DNA from: Gammaproteobacteria bacterium
Lineage (GTDB): Bacteria; Pseudomonadota; Gammaproteobacteria; Xanthomonadales; SZUA-36
Reading direction: 5' to 3'
Length of the DNA stretch: 64,000 nt
Assembly: GCA_021772915.1 (NCBI GenBank)
Contig: JAJFLB010000034.1
Coordinates: forward strand, 52,631 to 116,630
The translations under genes were made by a program, and so were the position numbers. Of this stretch, positions 8,011-17,330 are shown in pieces. Position 1 is the stretch's first letter. Each line of letters starts with the position of its first letter. Below the pieces are notes generated by a model that saw only the letters and a program-made list of their open reading frames with translations, had not been told where the DNA came from and searched no databases.

Positions 8011-9342
8011 GTGAAGCACCGCATTGGACTTGCCGAAGCGGTCCGGTTACGGTCACCAGGCGATGACAATATCGTATTCAGATACGGGACTGTTCTTTTG
8101 AAAGGATATTCGTTTTTATCACTGGCGCGACAGGCACTTACCGGACATAAAGGCTGGCCGGTTATCTGGCGTTCGCCAGAGGTAAAGAAATCCTACGATG
8201 TGATCATTATTGGCGCCGGTGGTCATGGGCTGGCCACGGCCTATTACCTGGCAAAAAATCACGCTGTCAAAAACATTGCGGTGCTGGAAAAAGGCTGGCT
8301 GGGTGGTGGTAACACCGGACGCAATACACAGGTAACACGCTCGAACTACTACTGGCCACAAAGTGCGGCTTTCTTTGACCACTCGTTGAAGCTCTACGAG
8401 GGTCTTGGCCGGTCGCTTAACTTCAATGTAATGCTGAGCCAGCGCGGAATTCTGAATCTGGCTCATAACGCGTATGAGTTGGAAGGAATGCGACGCTGGG
8501 CGAACGCAATCAAGATCAATGCTATCGATGCCGAGGTTCTGACACCGATAGATATCAAGAAACTTGTGCCACTTATCGATCTTGATTGCCGGTTTCCGGT
8601 CCACGGTGGATTTATCCAGCGCCGTGGTGGAATCTCACGTCACGACGCCGTAGCCTGGGGCTATGCACGCGCAGCAAGCGCCCTTGGCGTAGACATCATC
8701 CAGCAATGTGAGGTCACAGGCTTCAATACTGCGTCAGGACGGGTGACAGGTGTGAACACTACACGTGGCACCATCGGTGCCGACAAGATCAGTTTCGCCG
8801 TTGCCGGCCACACTTCCCACCTGGCAAAAATGGCCGGTTTTCGGGTTCCCGTAACCAGTATGCAACTGCAAGCCATGGTCTCCGAGCCGATCAAGCCCTG
8901 TCTCGATACCGTGGTGGTGTCAACAGCTATTCACATGTATGTCAGTCAATCCGATCGTGGTGAGCTGGTCATCGGTGGCGGTGCAGATGTTTACAACAGC
9001 TATGCACAACGGGGGGGGATTCCCGTGCTGCAGGAAAATGTCGCGGCGCTCCTGGAGCTGTTCCCGGTCTTCAGTCGTTTGCGGTTGATGCGGCAATGGG
9101 CCGGAATCACGGACATTACGCCTGATACCACACCGCTCATGGGACTCACGCCGGTACAGAATCTGTATATAAGCGGTGGTTGGGGAACCGGTGGTTACAA
9201 AGCCATCCCGGCGGGTGGCGATACCATGGCCTACACGATTGCGAATGACAAGCCGCACCCATTGATTGAAGATTTTGGACTTGAGCGGTTCAAGTCAGGT
9301 GCCCTGATAGACGAGGGCGCGGCATCGGGAGTGGCGCACTGA
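8011..9342 (+). CDS. soxB: Sarcosine oxidase beta subunit
   Basis: YDVIIIGAGGHGLATAYYLAKNH FAD fold and the typical WRSPEVKK N-terminus. The true start may be an internal TTG near 8098, since the N-terminal extension is not typical. Confidence 0.9.
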   Translation: MKHRIGLAEAVRLRSPGDDNIVFRYGTVLLKGYSFLSLARQALTGHKGWPVIWRSPEVKKSYDVIIIGAGGHGLATAYYLAKNHAVKNIAVLEKGWLGGGNTGRNTQVTRSNYYWPQSAAFFDHSLKLYEGLGRSLNFNVMLSQRGILNLAHNAYELEGMRRWANAIKINAIDAEVLTPIDIKKLVPLIDLDCRFPVHGGFIQRRGGISRHDAVAWGYARAASALGVDIIQQCEVTGFNTASGRVTGVNTTRGTIGADKISFAVAGHTSHLAKMAGFRVPVTSMQLQAMVSEPIKPCLDTVVVSTAIHMYVSQSDRGELVIGGGADVYNSYAQRGGIPVLQENVAALLELFPVFSRLRLMRQWAGITDITPDTTPLMGLTPVQNLYISGGWGTGGYKAIPAGGDTMAYTIANDKPHPLIEDFGLERFKSGALIDEGAASGVAH

Positions 9343-9629
9343 TGCTGAGAATCAGCTGCCCCTGGTGTGGTACCCGTGACGAACTGGAGTTTACGTTCGG
9401 TGGCGAATCTCACGTGACACGTCCGACGCCTGACGCCAGCGACGATGTATGGTCGGACTATCTATTCAACAAGGAGAATCCCAAAGGCGTTCATTACGAA
9501 TCATGGATGCACCGTTATGGCTGCGGACGCTGGTTTAATGTCGCGCGGGATACGGTGACTCACGAAATTTACGCCGTGTACCCGATGGGCGAAGCGAAAC
9601 CCGACCTGGGCGAGACAGATCGTGAATAA
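9342..9629 (+). CDS. soxD: Sarcosine oxidase delta subunit
   Basis: MLRISCPWCGTRDELEFTFGGE zinc-ribbon start, 95 aa. Its ATG overlaps the soxB stop. Confidence 0.9.
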   Translation: MLRISCPWCGTRDELEFTFGGESHVTRPTPDASDDVWSDYLFNKENPKGVHYESWMHRYGCGRWFNVARDTVTHEIYAVYPMGEAKPDLGETDRE

Positions 9630-12564
9630 GCGTTTATCAACAGGTGGTCGTATTGATCGTAACAAGCCGTTGTCGTTCAGATTCAATGGCAATCAACTAC
9701 AAGGTCTCCAGGGCGATACGATTGCATCCGCGTTGCTGGCCAACGGTATCCGCACGCTTAACCGGAGTTTCAAATATCATCGACCGCGTGGTGTCATGTC
9801 TGCGGGTGTGGAAGAAACCAATGCGCTGCTGACCGCATCCGATGGCAATGGCAATATACCCGTGGTTCGTACAACGGTGCGCGAACTGTCCGATGGCCAC
9901 GAGATTAGATCTCCAACCGGGTTCCCGAGCGTCAACTTTGACCTGGGTCGTGTGCTGGATTTCACCCACAAGATATGGACCGCAGGGTTCTATAACAAGG
10001 TATTCAAATGGCCCAACTGGCACTGGTACGAGGGCACCGTTCGCCGCCTGGCCGGTCTGGGGAAGGTGCCTGACGGCAAAGACCGGAACAAGTACTTCCA
10101 CCACAATCTGCACTGCGACGTTTTGATCGTCGGTGCAGGACCGGCAGGGTTGGCCGCGGCGTTAAGTTTGATAAACAGTGGTGCGCGAGTGCTTCTGGCT
10201 GAACAAGACTGTGAGCTGGGTGGCAGCCTGCTCGCCCACAGCACGCAAATTGACTCGCTTGACTCCGATCTATGGATAAACCAAACGAGATCAACACTTG
10301 AAGACGCGGCTAACGTCAGCATCATGACCTCATCGACAGTCTCGGGCTACTACGATCACAATGTCCTGACCATCGCCGACCGATCGACGGCCGGGGTGAA
10401 ACGATTCTGGAAAATCAGGGCTAAAGAAGTTCTGCTGACCACCGGCGCTGTTGAACAGCCGCTGGTTTTCGAAAATAACGATCGACCGGGCATCATGCTG
10501 GCCGCTGCAGCCATGGAATACGTGAATCGCTACGCCGTAATGCCCGCCGAAGCGATGGTCGTGGCAACCAACAATGATTCGGCCTATCAAGCCGCTTTCG
10601 CCCTGCACGACAACGGTGTGCGCGTCCCGGCAGTGGTCGATGCACGGGCAATCGTTGCGGATGAAATTGCACGGGAAGCCAATCGGCGCAGCATACCGAT
10701 CATGGCAGGATCCGTTGTTCTGGACACGGTCGGCACCATGGGCCTTAAGGGGATAAGTATTGGTAAGTTGGCCCCCGACGCAGAATCCACTATCAATCCA
10801 ATTGGCACCATCGCCTGCCAGGGCCTTGCAATATCGGGTGGCTTCAGCCCGGACGTGGCCCTCTATTCCCAGGCTGGTGGAAAACTGCGCTACGACGACG
10901 ATTTGGCCTGTTTTGTACCACAGGAATGTCGACAACACGTCACGATAGCCGGCGCTGCCGATGGAAAATTCTCACTGGCCGAGGCGCTGAAGCAAGGCAC
11001 ACGTGCGGGTTCTGAAGCGGCAAACAGCGCCGGCTTTGCATGTTCACCGGCCGATGTTGCCACTTCGACAATTAACACTTACAGACTCGAGGCCATCAGA
11101 ATCACACCCGTTGGAGACACGAGCCGCCAATGGGTTGATTTCATGCATGACGTCACCGTGGCCGATATCGAATTGGCGGTACGTGAAAACATTGTTTCTG
11201 TCGAACATCTCAAGCGTTATACCACGACCGGGATGTCTGCGGATCAGGGCAAAACCAGCAATCTCAACGCACTGACCCTGCTCGCAAAGCTGACCAATCG
11301 AGCCATTGAGGAGGTCGGCACCACGACATTCAGACCGCAGTTCATGCCGGTGTCACTGGGTGCAATTGCGGGGCAGCGGCATGGGGGTTTCTATGCTCCT
11401 GCGCGCTTGTTACCGGCTCACGACTGGCATCTCGACCACGGGGCAGTGTTTGAAAACTACGGCACCTGGAAGCGACCTGAATACTACACGACCAACGGAC
11501 ACGACCGCGATGCCGCCATCGCAGGTGAGGTGCTTGCTACACGTCAAAGCGTGGGGCTCCTGGATGGTTCACCCATCGGCAAGGTCGAGATTAAAGGACC
11601 GGATGCGGGTGAATTTCTCAACCGTATCTATGTGAACAATGTGCTGACATTGAAACCCGGTCGTGTTCGATACGGAATCATGCTCAGCGAGAACGGTATC
11701 GTGATCGATGACGGTGTGTTTTCCAGGTTGGGTGACGATCACTACCTGGTCAACCCGACCTCAGCCCATGCGGATCTCATCACCAACTGGCTCGAGAAAT
11801 GGCACCAGTGTGAATGGCCGGATCTCGACCTGATCATCTCACCGGTCACCGGCCAGTGGGCGGTGGCAACTGTGGCCGGTCCAAGATCCCGGGAATTGTT
11901 GCAGGAAATTGAGTCAGACATCGACTTCTCAGCGGAAGCTTTGCCGCACATGTCAATGGTGGCAGGATCATTTCTCGACGTGCCGGCGCGTGTGCAAAGG
12001 GTTAGCTACTCGGGAGAGATGAGTTTTGAGATCGGTGTTCCTGCGACACAAGGTCAGCGTGTAATAGAAGCACTGATGAGCAGCGGTGGTGACCGAATTA
12101 AGCTAATTGGTATAGAGGCACTGGGCACACTCCGAACCGAGAAGGGTTATCTTCACATAGGCGGAGACACGGATGGTATGACCAATGCGCTGGATATCGG
12201 GTTTGGTGCCATTGTGACCAAAAAACAAACCGATTTCATTGGTAAGAGATCACTTCTGCGTGCCGAGGACCAACGTGGGGATCGGCGGCAATTAGTGGGT
12301 ATTGAACCACTGGACGATAATGAAGACTTGAAGCCAGGTGCACATTTCGTAACCCCATCTGATCAAGGCAGCCGTAGTCAGGGTATCGTCACATCGGCCT
12401 GTTTCAGTCCGACATTACAACGGACCATCGGCCTGGGTTTACTGGAAAGTGGCTTTGAACGAAAAGGTGAGACCCTGACTGTTTTCGATGATGGGCGTAA
12501 CTTTGATGTCCGCATTACGGACCCGGTTTTCTATGATCCCAGTGGGGAGAAAATGAATGCCTGA
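9622..12564 (+). CDS. soxA: Sarcosine oxidase alpha subunit
   Basis: 980 aa. CDVLIVGAGPAGLAAAL dinucleotide fold and a C-terminal aminomethyltransferase (GcvT)-like folate-binding domain. Confidence 0.9.
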   Translation: MNKRLSTGGRIDRNKPLSFRFNGNQLQGLQGDTIASALLANGIRTLNRSFKYHRPRGVMSAGVEETNALLTASDGNGNIPVVRTTVRELSDGHEIRSPTGFPSVNFDLGRVLDFTHKIWTAGFYNKVFKWPNWHWYEGTVRRLAGLGKVPDGKDRNKYFHHNLHCDVLIVGAGPAGLAAALSLINSGARVLLAEQDCELGGSLLAHSTQIDSLDSDLWINQTRSTLEDAANVSIMTSSTVSGYYDHNVLTIADRSTAGVKRFWKIRAKEVLLTTGAVEQPLVFENNDRPGIMLAAAAMEYVNRYAVMPAEAMVVATNNDSAYQAAFALHDNGVRVPAVVDARAIVADEIAREANRRSIPIMAGSVVLDTVGTMGLKGISIGKLAPDAESTINPIGTIACQGLAISGGFSPDVALYSQAGGKLRYDDDLACFVPQECRQHVTIAGAADGKFSLAEALKQGTRAGSEAANSAGFACSPADVATSTINTYRLEAIRITPVGDTSRQWVDFMHDVTVADIELAVRENIVSVEHLKRYTTTGMSADQGKTSNLNALTLLAKLTNRAIEEVGTTTFRPQFMPVSLGAIAGQRHGGFYAPARLLPAHDWHLDHGAVFENYGTWKRPEYYTTNGHDRDAAIAGEVLATRQSVGLLDGSPIGKVEIKGPDAGEFLNRIYVNNVLTLKPGRVRYGIMLSENGIVIDDGVFSRLGDDHYLVNPTSAHADLITNWLEKWHQCEWPDLDLIISPVTGQWAVATVAGPRSRELLQEIESDIDFSAEALPHMSMVAGSFLDVPARVQRVSYSGEMSFEIGVPATQGQRVIEALMSSGGDRIKLIGIEALGTLRTEKGYLHIGGDTDGMTNALDIGFGAIVTKKQTDFIGKRSLLRAEDQRGDRRQLVGIEPLDDNEDLKPGAHFVTPSDQGSRSQGIVTSACFSPTLQRTIGLGLLESGFERKGETLTVFDDGRNFDVRITDPVFYDPSGEKMNA

Positions 12565-13087
12565 CCAGCCCGGGTTCGAACTTGACCAGATTGACGGCCG
12601 AACGATGGTCCGGCTGCGCGTTCGCCCGCAAGGTGCGAAGGCTGCTGGCAAGGCATTGCAACTTCCACGACAGGCTTCACAATGCCAGGGCGAGGATCCG
12701 GTCGCCTGTTGGCTCGGTCCGGATCAGTGGCTGCTCACCAGTGACACCAAACCACCTGGGGAAATCATCAGTCATATCGATCAGCTGCTGTCGACCCAAC
12801 TGCATGCCGCAACAGATTTGTCCGCACACCATGTGTGCTTTGCATTAAGAGGCGGCGCGGCCCGATCAGTACTGGCTATGGGCTGCGGAATTGACATGCA
12901 CGCAGACACGTTCGCGCCGGGTCAGTGTGCGCGCACGCATTTCGCAGACGTGCTGCTTCTGATCGTTGCCGTTGAGGACAATTACTTCAATCTTTATGTT
13001 GACCGGAGTCATGCCCAGTACCTGAGAAACTGGCTCGCCAAAGCTGGCGAAGACCCTCTCACTCATCTACAAAATGATGGTGAATAG
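12557..13087 (+). CDS. soxG: Sarcosine oxidase gamma subunit
   Basis: 176 aa, overlaps the soxA stop, at the canonical fourth position of soxBDAG. Confidence 0.8.
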   Translation: MPDQPGFELDQIDGRTMVRLRVRPQGAKAAGKALQLPRQASQCQGEDPVACWLGPDQWLLTSDTKPPGEIISHIDQLLSTQLHAATDLSAHHVCFALRGGAARSVLAMGCGIDMHADTFAPGQCARTHFADVLLLIVAVEDNYFNLYVDRSHAQYLRNWLAKAGEDPLTHLQNDGE

Positions 13088-13148
13088 GTACTCATTTCCA
13101 TATTCCTGCAAGCTGGACAATGTTTGAATTTCGCCGAGAGTAAACCAA

Positions 13149-14294
13149 ATGGCTAAGAAAAGGACACTTTCACCAGAGACCATAAGTGCTCAGGCTGCAC
13201 ATCAGACCGATGCGCTGACAGGCGGGGTCATACCCGCAATTCATCCGTCGTCGACCTTTGTCCGTGATAAGAATTATCAACTGATCAATTCCAGACACGG
13301 TTACGGACGCGACGAAAATCCGGGTTTTGCCATTGCCGAAAGGGTTTTGGCCCAGCTCGAAGGGGCACCAGCCGCATTGTTATTCAGTTCCGGTATGGCC
13401 GCAGCGACGACCGTGTTGCAAACTTTGAAGCCAGGTGACCACATTGTGGCACCCAGGGTTATGTATTGGGGGTTGCGTAACTGGCTGATTAAGTTCTGTG
13501 ACCAATGGGGGTTGGGGCTTGACCTTTTCGATCCTACAAAACCGGATGCGATAGCAAGCTCGGTCAGAAAAGGCCAGACAAAGCTGGTCTGGATCGAATC
13601 ACCCTGCAATCCCAGTTGGGATGTGATCGATATTGCGGCCGCTTCCAAAATCGCACATCATGCCGGCGCACGGCTCGTGGTGGATTCCACGGTATCAACA
13701 CCCGTGCTGACCCAGCCTGTTAAACATGGTGCCGACCTTGTTTTGCACTCGGCTACCAAGTACCTGAACGGTCATTGTGACATTGTCGCCGGGGCACTGG
13801 TAACGGCGAAAGAGGATGCTTTTTGGGAGAATGTCTGTGCATTACGTGTCGACGCAGGCGCAATTCTGGGCTCTTTCGAAGCCTGGCTGCTGCAACGGGG
13901 CATGCGTACCCTGTTCCTTCGTGTGCGCAAAGCAAGTGAGTCGGCACTCACGCTGGCGGAACATTTTGATGGGCATGCCAGACTCGAGGCCGTCATCTAT
14001 CCAGGTTTGCCGAGTCATCCGGGGTTCGAAATCGCCAAACGGCAGATGGACGGCGGATTTGGCGGCATGTTGTGTCTACAGGTCAAAGGTGGTGCAAAAG
14101 GCGCGCTGAACGTGGCCAAGCGATGCAAGGTGTTTATTCGCGCGACCTCATTGGGTGGAGTCGAAAGCCTGATCGAACATCGCTATACCATAGAAGGGGA
14201 AGGCAGTCCCGTCCCCAGGGATTGGCTTCGGCTGTCGATTGGCATTGAGTCCGTGGACGATCTGATTGCAGATCTTGAGCAGGCATTGGAGTAA
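13149..14294 (+). CDS. Cys/Met-metabolism PLP-dependent enzyme (cystathionine gamma-synthase / beta-lyase / gamma-lyase family)
   Basis: 381 aa. PLP-lysine motif HSATKYLNGH and SLGGVESL near the C-terminus. Confidence 0.85.
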   Translation: MAKKRTLSPETISAQAAHQTDALTGGVIPAIHPSSTFVRDKNYQLINSRHGYGRDENPGFAIAERVLAQLEGAPAALLFSSGMAAATTVLQTLKPGDHIVAPRVMYWGLRNWLIKFCDQWGLGLDLFDPTKPDAIASSVRKGQTKLVWIESPCNPSWDVIDIAAASKIAHHAGARLVVDSTVSTPVLTQPVKHGADLVLHSATKYLNGHCDIVAGALVTAKEDAFWENVCALRVDAGAILGSFEAWLLQRGMRTLFLRVRKASESALTLAEHFDGHARLEAVIYPGLPSHPGFEIAKRQMDGGFGGMLCLQVKGGAKGALNVAKRCKVFIRATSLGGVESLIEHRYTIEGEGSPVPRDWLRLSIGIESVDDLIADLEQALE

Positions 14295-14312
14295 GTTCGT
14301 GGCGTCAGATGA

Positions 14313-14392
14313 GTAGGACCGACGAATTTGTTCGTCGGGAACCTTCAAGATGGCCAAAAATTCCCAACGACTCGTAGCTCCTACGGGTCGGG
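14313..14392. repeat. REP-like palindromic units (same family as 43868..44064)
   Basis: gtaggaccgacgaatttgttcgtcggga, followed by a degenerate inverted unit cccaacgactcgtagctcctac. Confidence 0.6.
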
Positions 14393-14435
14393 GAAGTTCT
14401 CAACCAATCTATGCGCTGGAACAAGTGGCTTTTAA

Positions 14436-14500
14436 GTGTATTAGTTGACAAATACACCTGGCGTATCTAGACTGCCTGGTGTATTACAAGTGGTATACAC
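14436..14500 (+). promoter_or_regulatory. Candidate sigma70 promoter with two GTGTAT..ATACAC operator palindromes (probable YtrA-type autoregulation)
   Basis: IR1 gtgtatt-N8-aatacac at 14436..14457 overlaps TTGACA (14445..14450). A 17-nt spacer leads to TAGACT (14468..14473). IR2 gtgtat-N10-atacac lies at 14479..14500. Confidence 0.55.
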
Positions 14501-14515
14501 TATTAATGAAGTAAC

Positions 14516-14896
14516 ATGATCCTGGTAGTCGACCCACATAGCGGTATCCCGGTATACCGCCAAATCGTTGAGCAGATTCGCTTTCACGTGGCCAGCGGTG
14601 TGCTAAAACCCGGTGAAGAAATCCCCTCTACCCGCGCGCTTTCAGCCAGCCTGGGTGTCAATCCGATGACCATCAGCAAGGCCTTCGTACTTCTTGAAGA
14701 AGCCAAAATTCTGGACCGGCGACCCGGCCTTCCACACGTGGTACGAACGCAACGGGGCCGCAAGGCTCTGGCCACGAAACAGCAGCAACTGGAGCAGGCC
14801 TTGCGCCCGGTGGTAACCAAGGCGCGACAACTTGATCTTGATACAGATACAACATTGCAGATTTTCCGGAATCTGCTTGAGGATAATACGAGGTGA
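14516..14896 (+). CDS. GntR-family transcriptional regulator, short YtrA subfamily
   Basis: 126 aa. PVYRQIVEQIRFHVASGVLKPGEEIPSTRALSASLGVNPMTISKAF winged-helix motif and no large effector domain. Confidence 0.85.
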   Translation: MILVVDPHSGIPVYRQIVEQIRFHVASGVLKPGEEIPSTRALSASLGVNPMTISKAFVLLEEAKILDRRPGLPHVVRTQRGRKALATKQQQLEQALRPVVTKARQLDLDTDTTLQIFRNLLEDNTR

Positions 14897-14899
14897 AAC

Positions 14900-15784
14900 A
14901 TGAATCCTGTCCTTGAAGCCAATGGGTTGACCAAACGATTCGACCGGGTCACTGCACTTGAAAACATCAGTTTCAAGGTGAGTGGCCCAACAATTGTGGG
15001 CCTGTTGGGTAAGAACGGTTGTGGCAAGACCACCCTGATCCGGCAGTTAATGGGGCTGCATCTGCCCAGCGAAGGCTCTGTTTCGACACTCGGCAGACCC
15101 GGCGCAGAACTTGGGCATGACGAACTGGCGAGTATTGGTTATGTTCCACAGGAAATCCGCCTGCTTGACTGGATGACGGTGGGGCAACACATTCACTATG
15201 TTGCAAATTTTTATCCCCGGTGGGACGGGGAACGCGAACAAAGACTGCTCGATGAGTTGGAGATTGATACCGAAGCCCTCGTTGGTACATTGTCATCGGG
15301 CAATTTACAAAAACTCGCCATCGTTCTGGCCGTTTGCCATCACCCACAGTTGCTGGTGCTTGATGAACCGGTCAGCGATCTGGATCCGATCGTGCGACGC
15401 AAACTGTTAGAGCTCTTACTTGAGCTCATGCGCGACGATGCGGCCACCATTGTCGTTTCCAGTCACGTGCTACGTGATGTGGAAAAAGTGGTAGACCGGG
15501 TGATTTGCCTGGACCGTGGGCGACTCGTTACAGATGCCGCGCTCGATGAACTCAAGGAGCTTTATGCCGAATGGCTGGTGGTTTCCGATAACGGCAGGCT
15601 CCCTGAGGAATTTTCCGAGTCCTTTTTAATAGCACAGCAAGGCAATGGTCGTGAAGCCAGACTGCTGGTGAAGGATGCCAGCACAGAGTTGGCAAGCTTC
15701 AGCAGCACACACAGTGTCAGTGTGAGTGTTCGGCCGTTAAATCTCGAAGAGATATTCCCCGTCCTTATCGGTGAGCAGCTGTGA
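14900..15784 (+). CDS. ABC transporter ATP-binding protein
   Basis: Walker A GKNGCGKTT, signature LSSGNLQKL, Walker B LLVLDEP. Confidence 0.9.
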   Translation: MNPVLEANGLTKRFDRVTALENISFKVSGPTIVGLLGKNGCGKTTLIRQLMGLHLPSEGSVSTLGRPGAELGHDELASIGYVPQEIRLLDWMTVGQHIHYVANFYPRWDGEREQRLLDELEIDTEALVGTLSSGNLQKLAIVLAVCHHPQLLVLDEPVSDLDPIVRRKLLELLLELMRDDAATIVVSSHVLRDVEKVVDRVICLDRGRLVTDAALDELKELYAEWLVVSDNGRLPEEFSESFLIAQQGNGREARLLVKDASTELASFSSTHSVSVSVRPLNLEEIFPVLIGEQL

Positions 15785-17247
15785 GGAAGTCACTGCAGGC
15801 TTTTTTCCTTATTATGGGTCGTGCATCGGTGTTCTGGTTGGGCGCACTGGGCGTGTTCATCCTGTCTTTGCTTGTGACCGGTTTGGCCGAGCCGGACAGG
15901 ACTTTTATTGAACATTACGCTGATTCCGTTTTTGTGGCTGCCTTTGCATTTCCCGCAGGTGCCGGTTTGCTTGCCGGAGCCGTTATCCAGGAGTTCCAGC
16001 ACACGACTTTTGCCACCTTTCTTCCCGCTATCCGGTTTCGGCTTGCTACCGGCTTTATGGTCACCGGTCTGTTAGTAAGCCTGGTCGTTGTTGGCTTAAT
16101 TGCCACAATCAGTTCCACACCACATGACCTGGCGGTACTTTTTGCCGTCGGGGTCGGTGCCTACTGCCTGGGTGGCATTTTGATCGATCCCCTATCGGGC
16201 TGGATGACGAGTCTGAATGTGACACTTGTGCTGGCCGTAATACTCAGTTCACACCAGTTGGATTTGATAGCTGGGGAGCATCCATGGCCCACCTTCATGA
16301 TGTCAATCGGGGTTGCCGCTTTTTCTGTTTCCAGGCTGTTCGCGCGGGCGACGTTCCGACGCAAACCCTTTCGAGTCACAGCGCCGCTCCCGGGTCGCTT
16401 CTCACTCGAAAAAACCCACCAGTATAGACGGCACAAAATGATACAGGGTGGTCCCGTCAAATCTGGCTGGCTGACGGGTTACCTCGGCCAGAACATGTGG
16501 CTCTGGACCCGTGCCGCAATCCATGAAACCTACGGTGCGCACGTTCTGAAGACATTCCTGAAGGCGGTCGCAAGGGCTTGGCCCCTGGTTCCTCTGTTTC
16601 TGATTTACGCCTGGGAAGACAAGGGCGAAATGAGGTTTTCCGAAGCCCTGGCCAAATCACTGAATGATGCCTTGTTCCGCTCTCCTTTCCAGCCTCAGTT
16701 CGGGGAACATGGCGGGCCGTACCCAATGGTCATGATCGTCATTGCCGTCGCCGGTATCCTGACGGCATTGCTTTCACCCGTGGCACTCGGCGGCGCACTG
16801 TCTTACCCGTTGTCCCGCTTTCAACGTGCAACTGTGCAATTTCGCGGGGGCCTTGCAGATACGGCGATACTATTGCTTATCGCCAGCCCCTGTCTGTTGG
16901 CCATTGGACACCTTGCAGGCTGGTTTGTGGGATATGAGATCCGTTTTGACTTTATGCCCTTCTTTTTGCGCGTACTGCTACTGACCCTGGTTTTGATGCC
17001 ATTGGGCTATTGGGGGCGGGTGCAACTCCAGGAGGCAACCTGGCGAAAGACCGAAAACAAACTGGTTGGGCTCATCCTCGGCATTTGTGGGTTCGTCGTC
17101 CTCGTCGGTTTCCTGACGCTTGTTGTCACACAATTATTCACTTCACCAATCATGGAATTGGGTGTATTGAGCATCGCCGTGTTAGTTTCCAGGATGATTT
17201 ACTGGCGCTCACTTGTCAGCTTTTATACGACTGCCGACCTGGCGTAA
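15781..17247 (+). CDS. Polytopic membrane protein, putative permease partner of the ABC ATPase
   Basis: 488 aa with at least 10 hydrophobic segments. GTG start overlaps the ATPase stop. No family recognised. Confidence 0.6.
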   Translation: MRKSLQAFFLIMGRASVFWLGALGVFILSLLVTGLAEPDRTFIEHYADSVFVAAFAFPAGAGLLAGAVIQEFQHTTFATFLPAIRFRLATGFMVTGLLVSLVVVGLIATISSTPHDLAVLFAVGVGAYCLGGILIDPLSGWMTSLNVTLVLAVILSSHQLDLIAGEHPWPTFMMSIGVAAFSVSRLFARATFRRKPFRVTAPLPGRFSLEKTHQYRRHKMIQGGPVKSGWLTGYLGQNMWLWTRAAIHETYGAHVLKTFLKAVARAWPLVPLFLIYAWEDKGEMRFSEALAKSLNDALFRSPFQPQFGEHGGPYPMVMIVIAVAGILTALLSPVALGGALSYPLSRFQRATVQFRGGLADTAILLLIASPCLLAIGHLAGWFVGYEIRFDFMPFFLRVLLLTLVLMPLGYWGRVQLQEATWRKTENKLVGLILGICGFVVLVGFLTLVVTQLFTSPIMELGVLSIAVLVSRMIYWRSLVSFYTTADLA

Positions 17248-17330
17248 AAAGATTCGACCACCACCAGCTTGGCCGTCGCGCAATGCTCAGCTACCGAAAT
17301 CCTTAAGGAGTGATGAGTTCTATCGTGGTC

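Noticed and set aside
9697-11078. Several 60-200-aa ORFs on the minus strand and in alternative plus frames inside soxA (for example 10330..10938)
   Set aside because: They lie fully within a confidently identified 980-aa gene and their sequences are low-complexity and Arg/Pro/Ala-rich, which is typical of shadow ORFs in GC-rich coding DNA.
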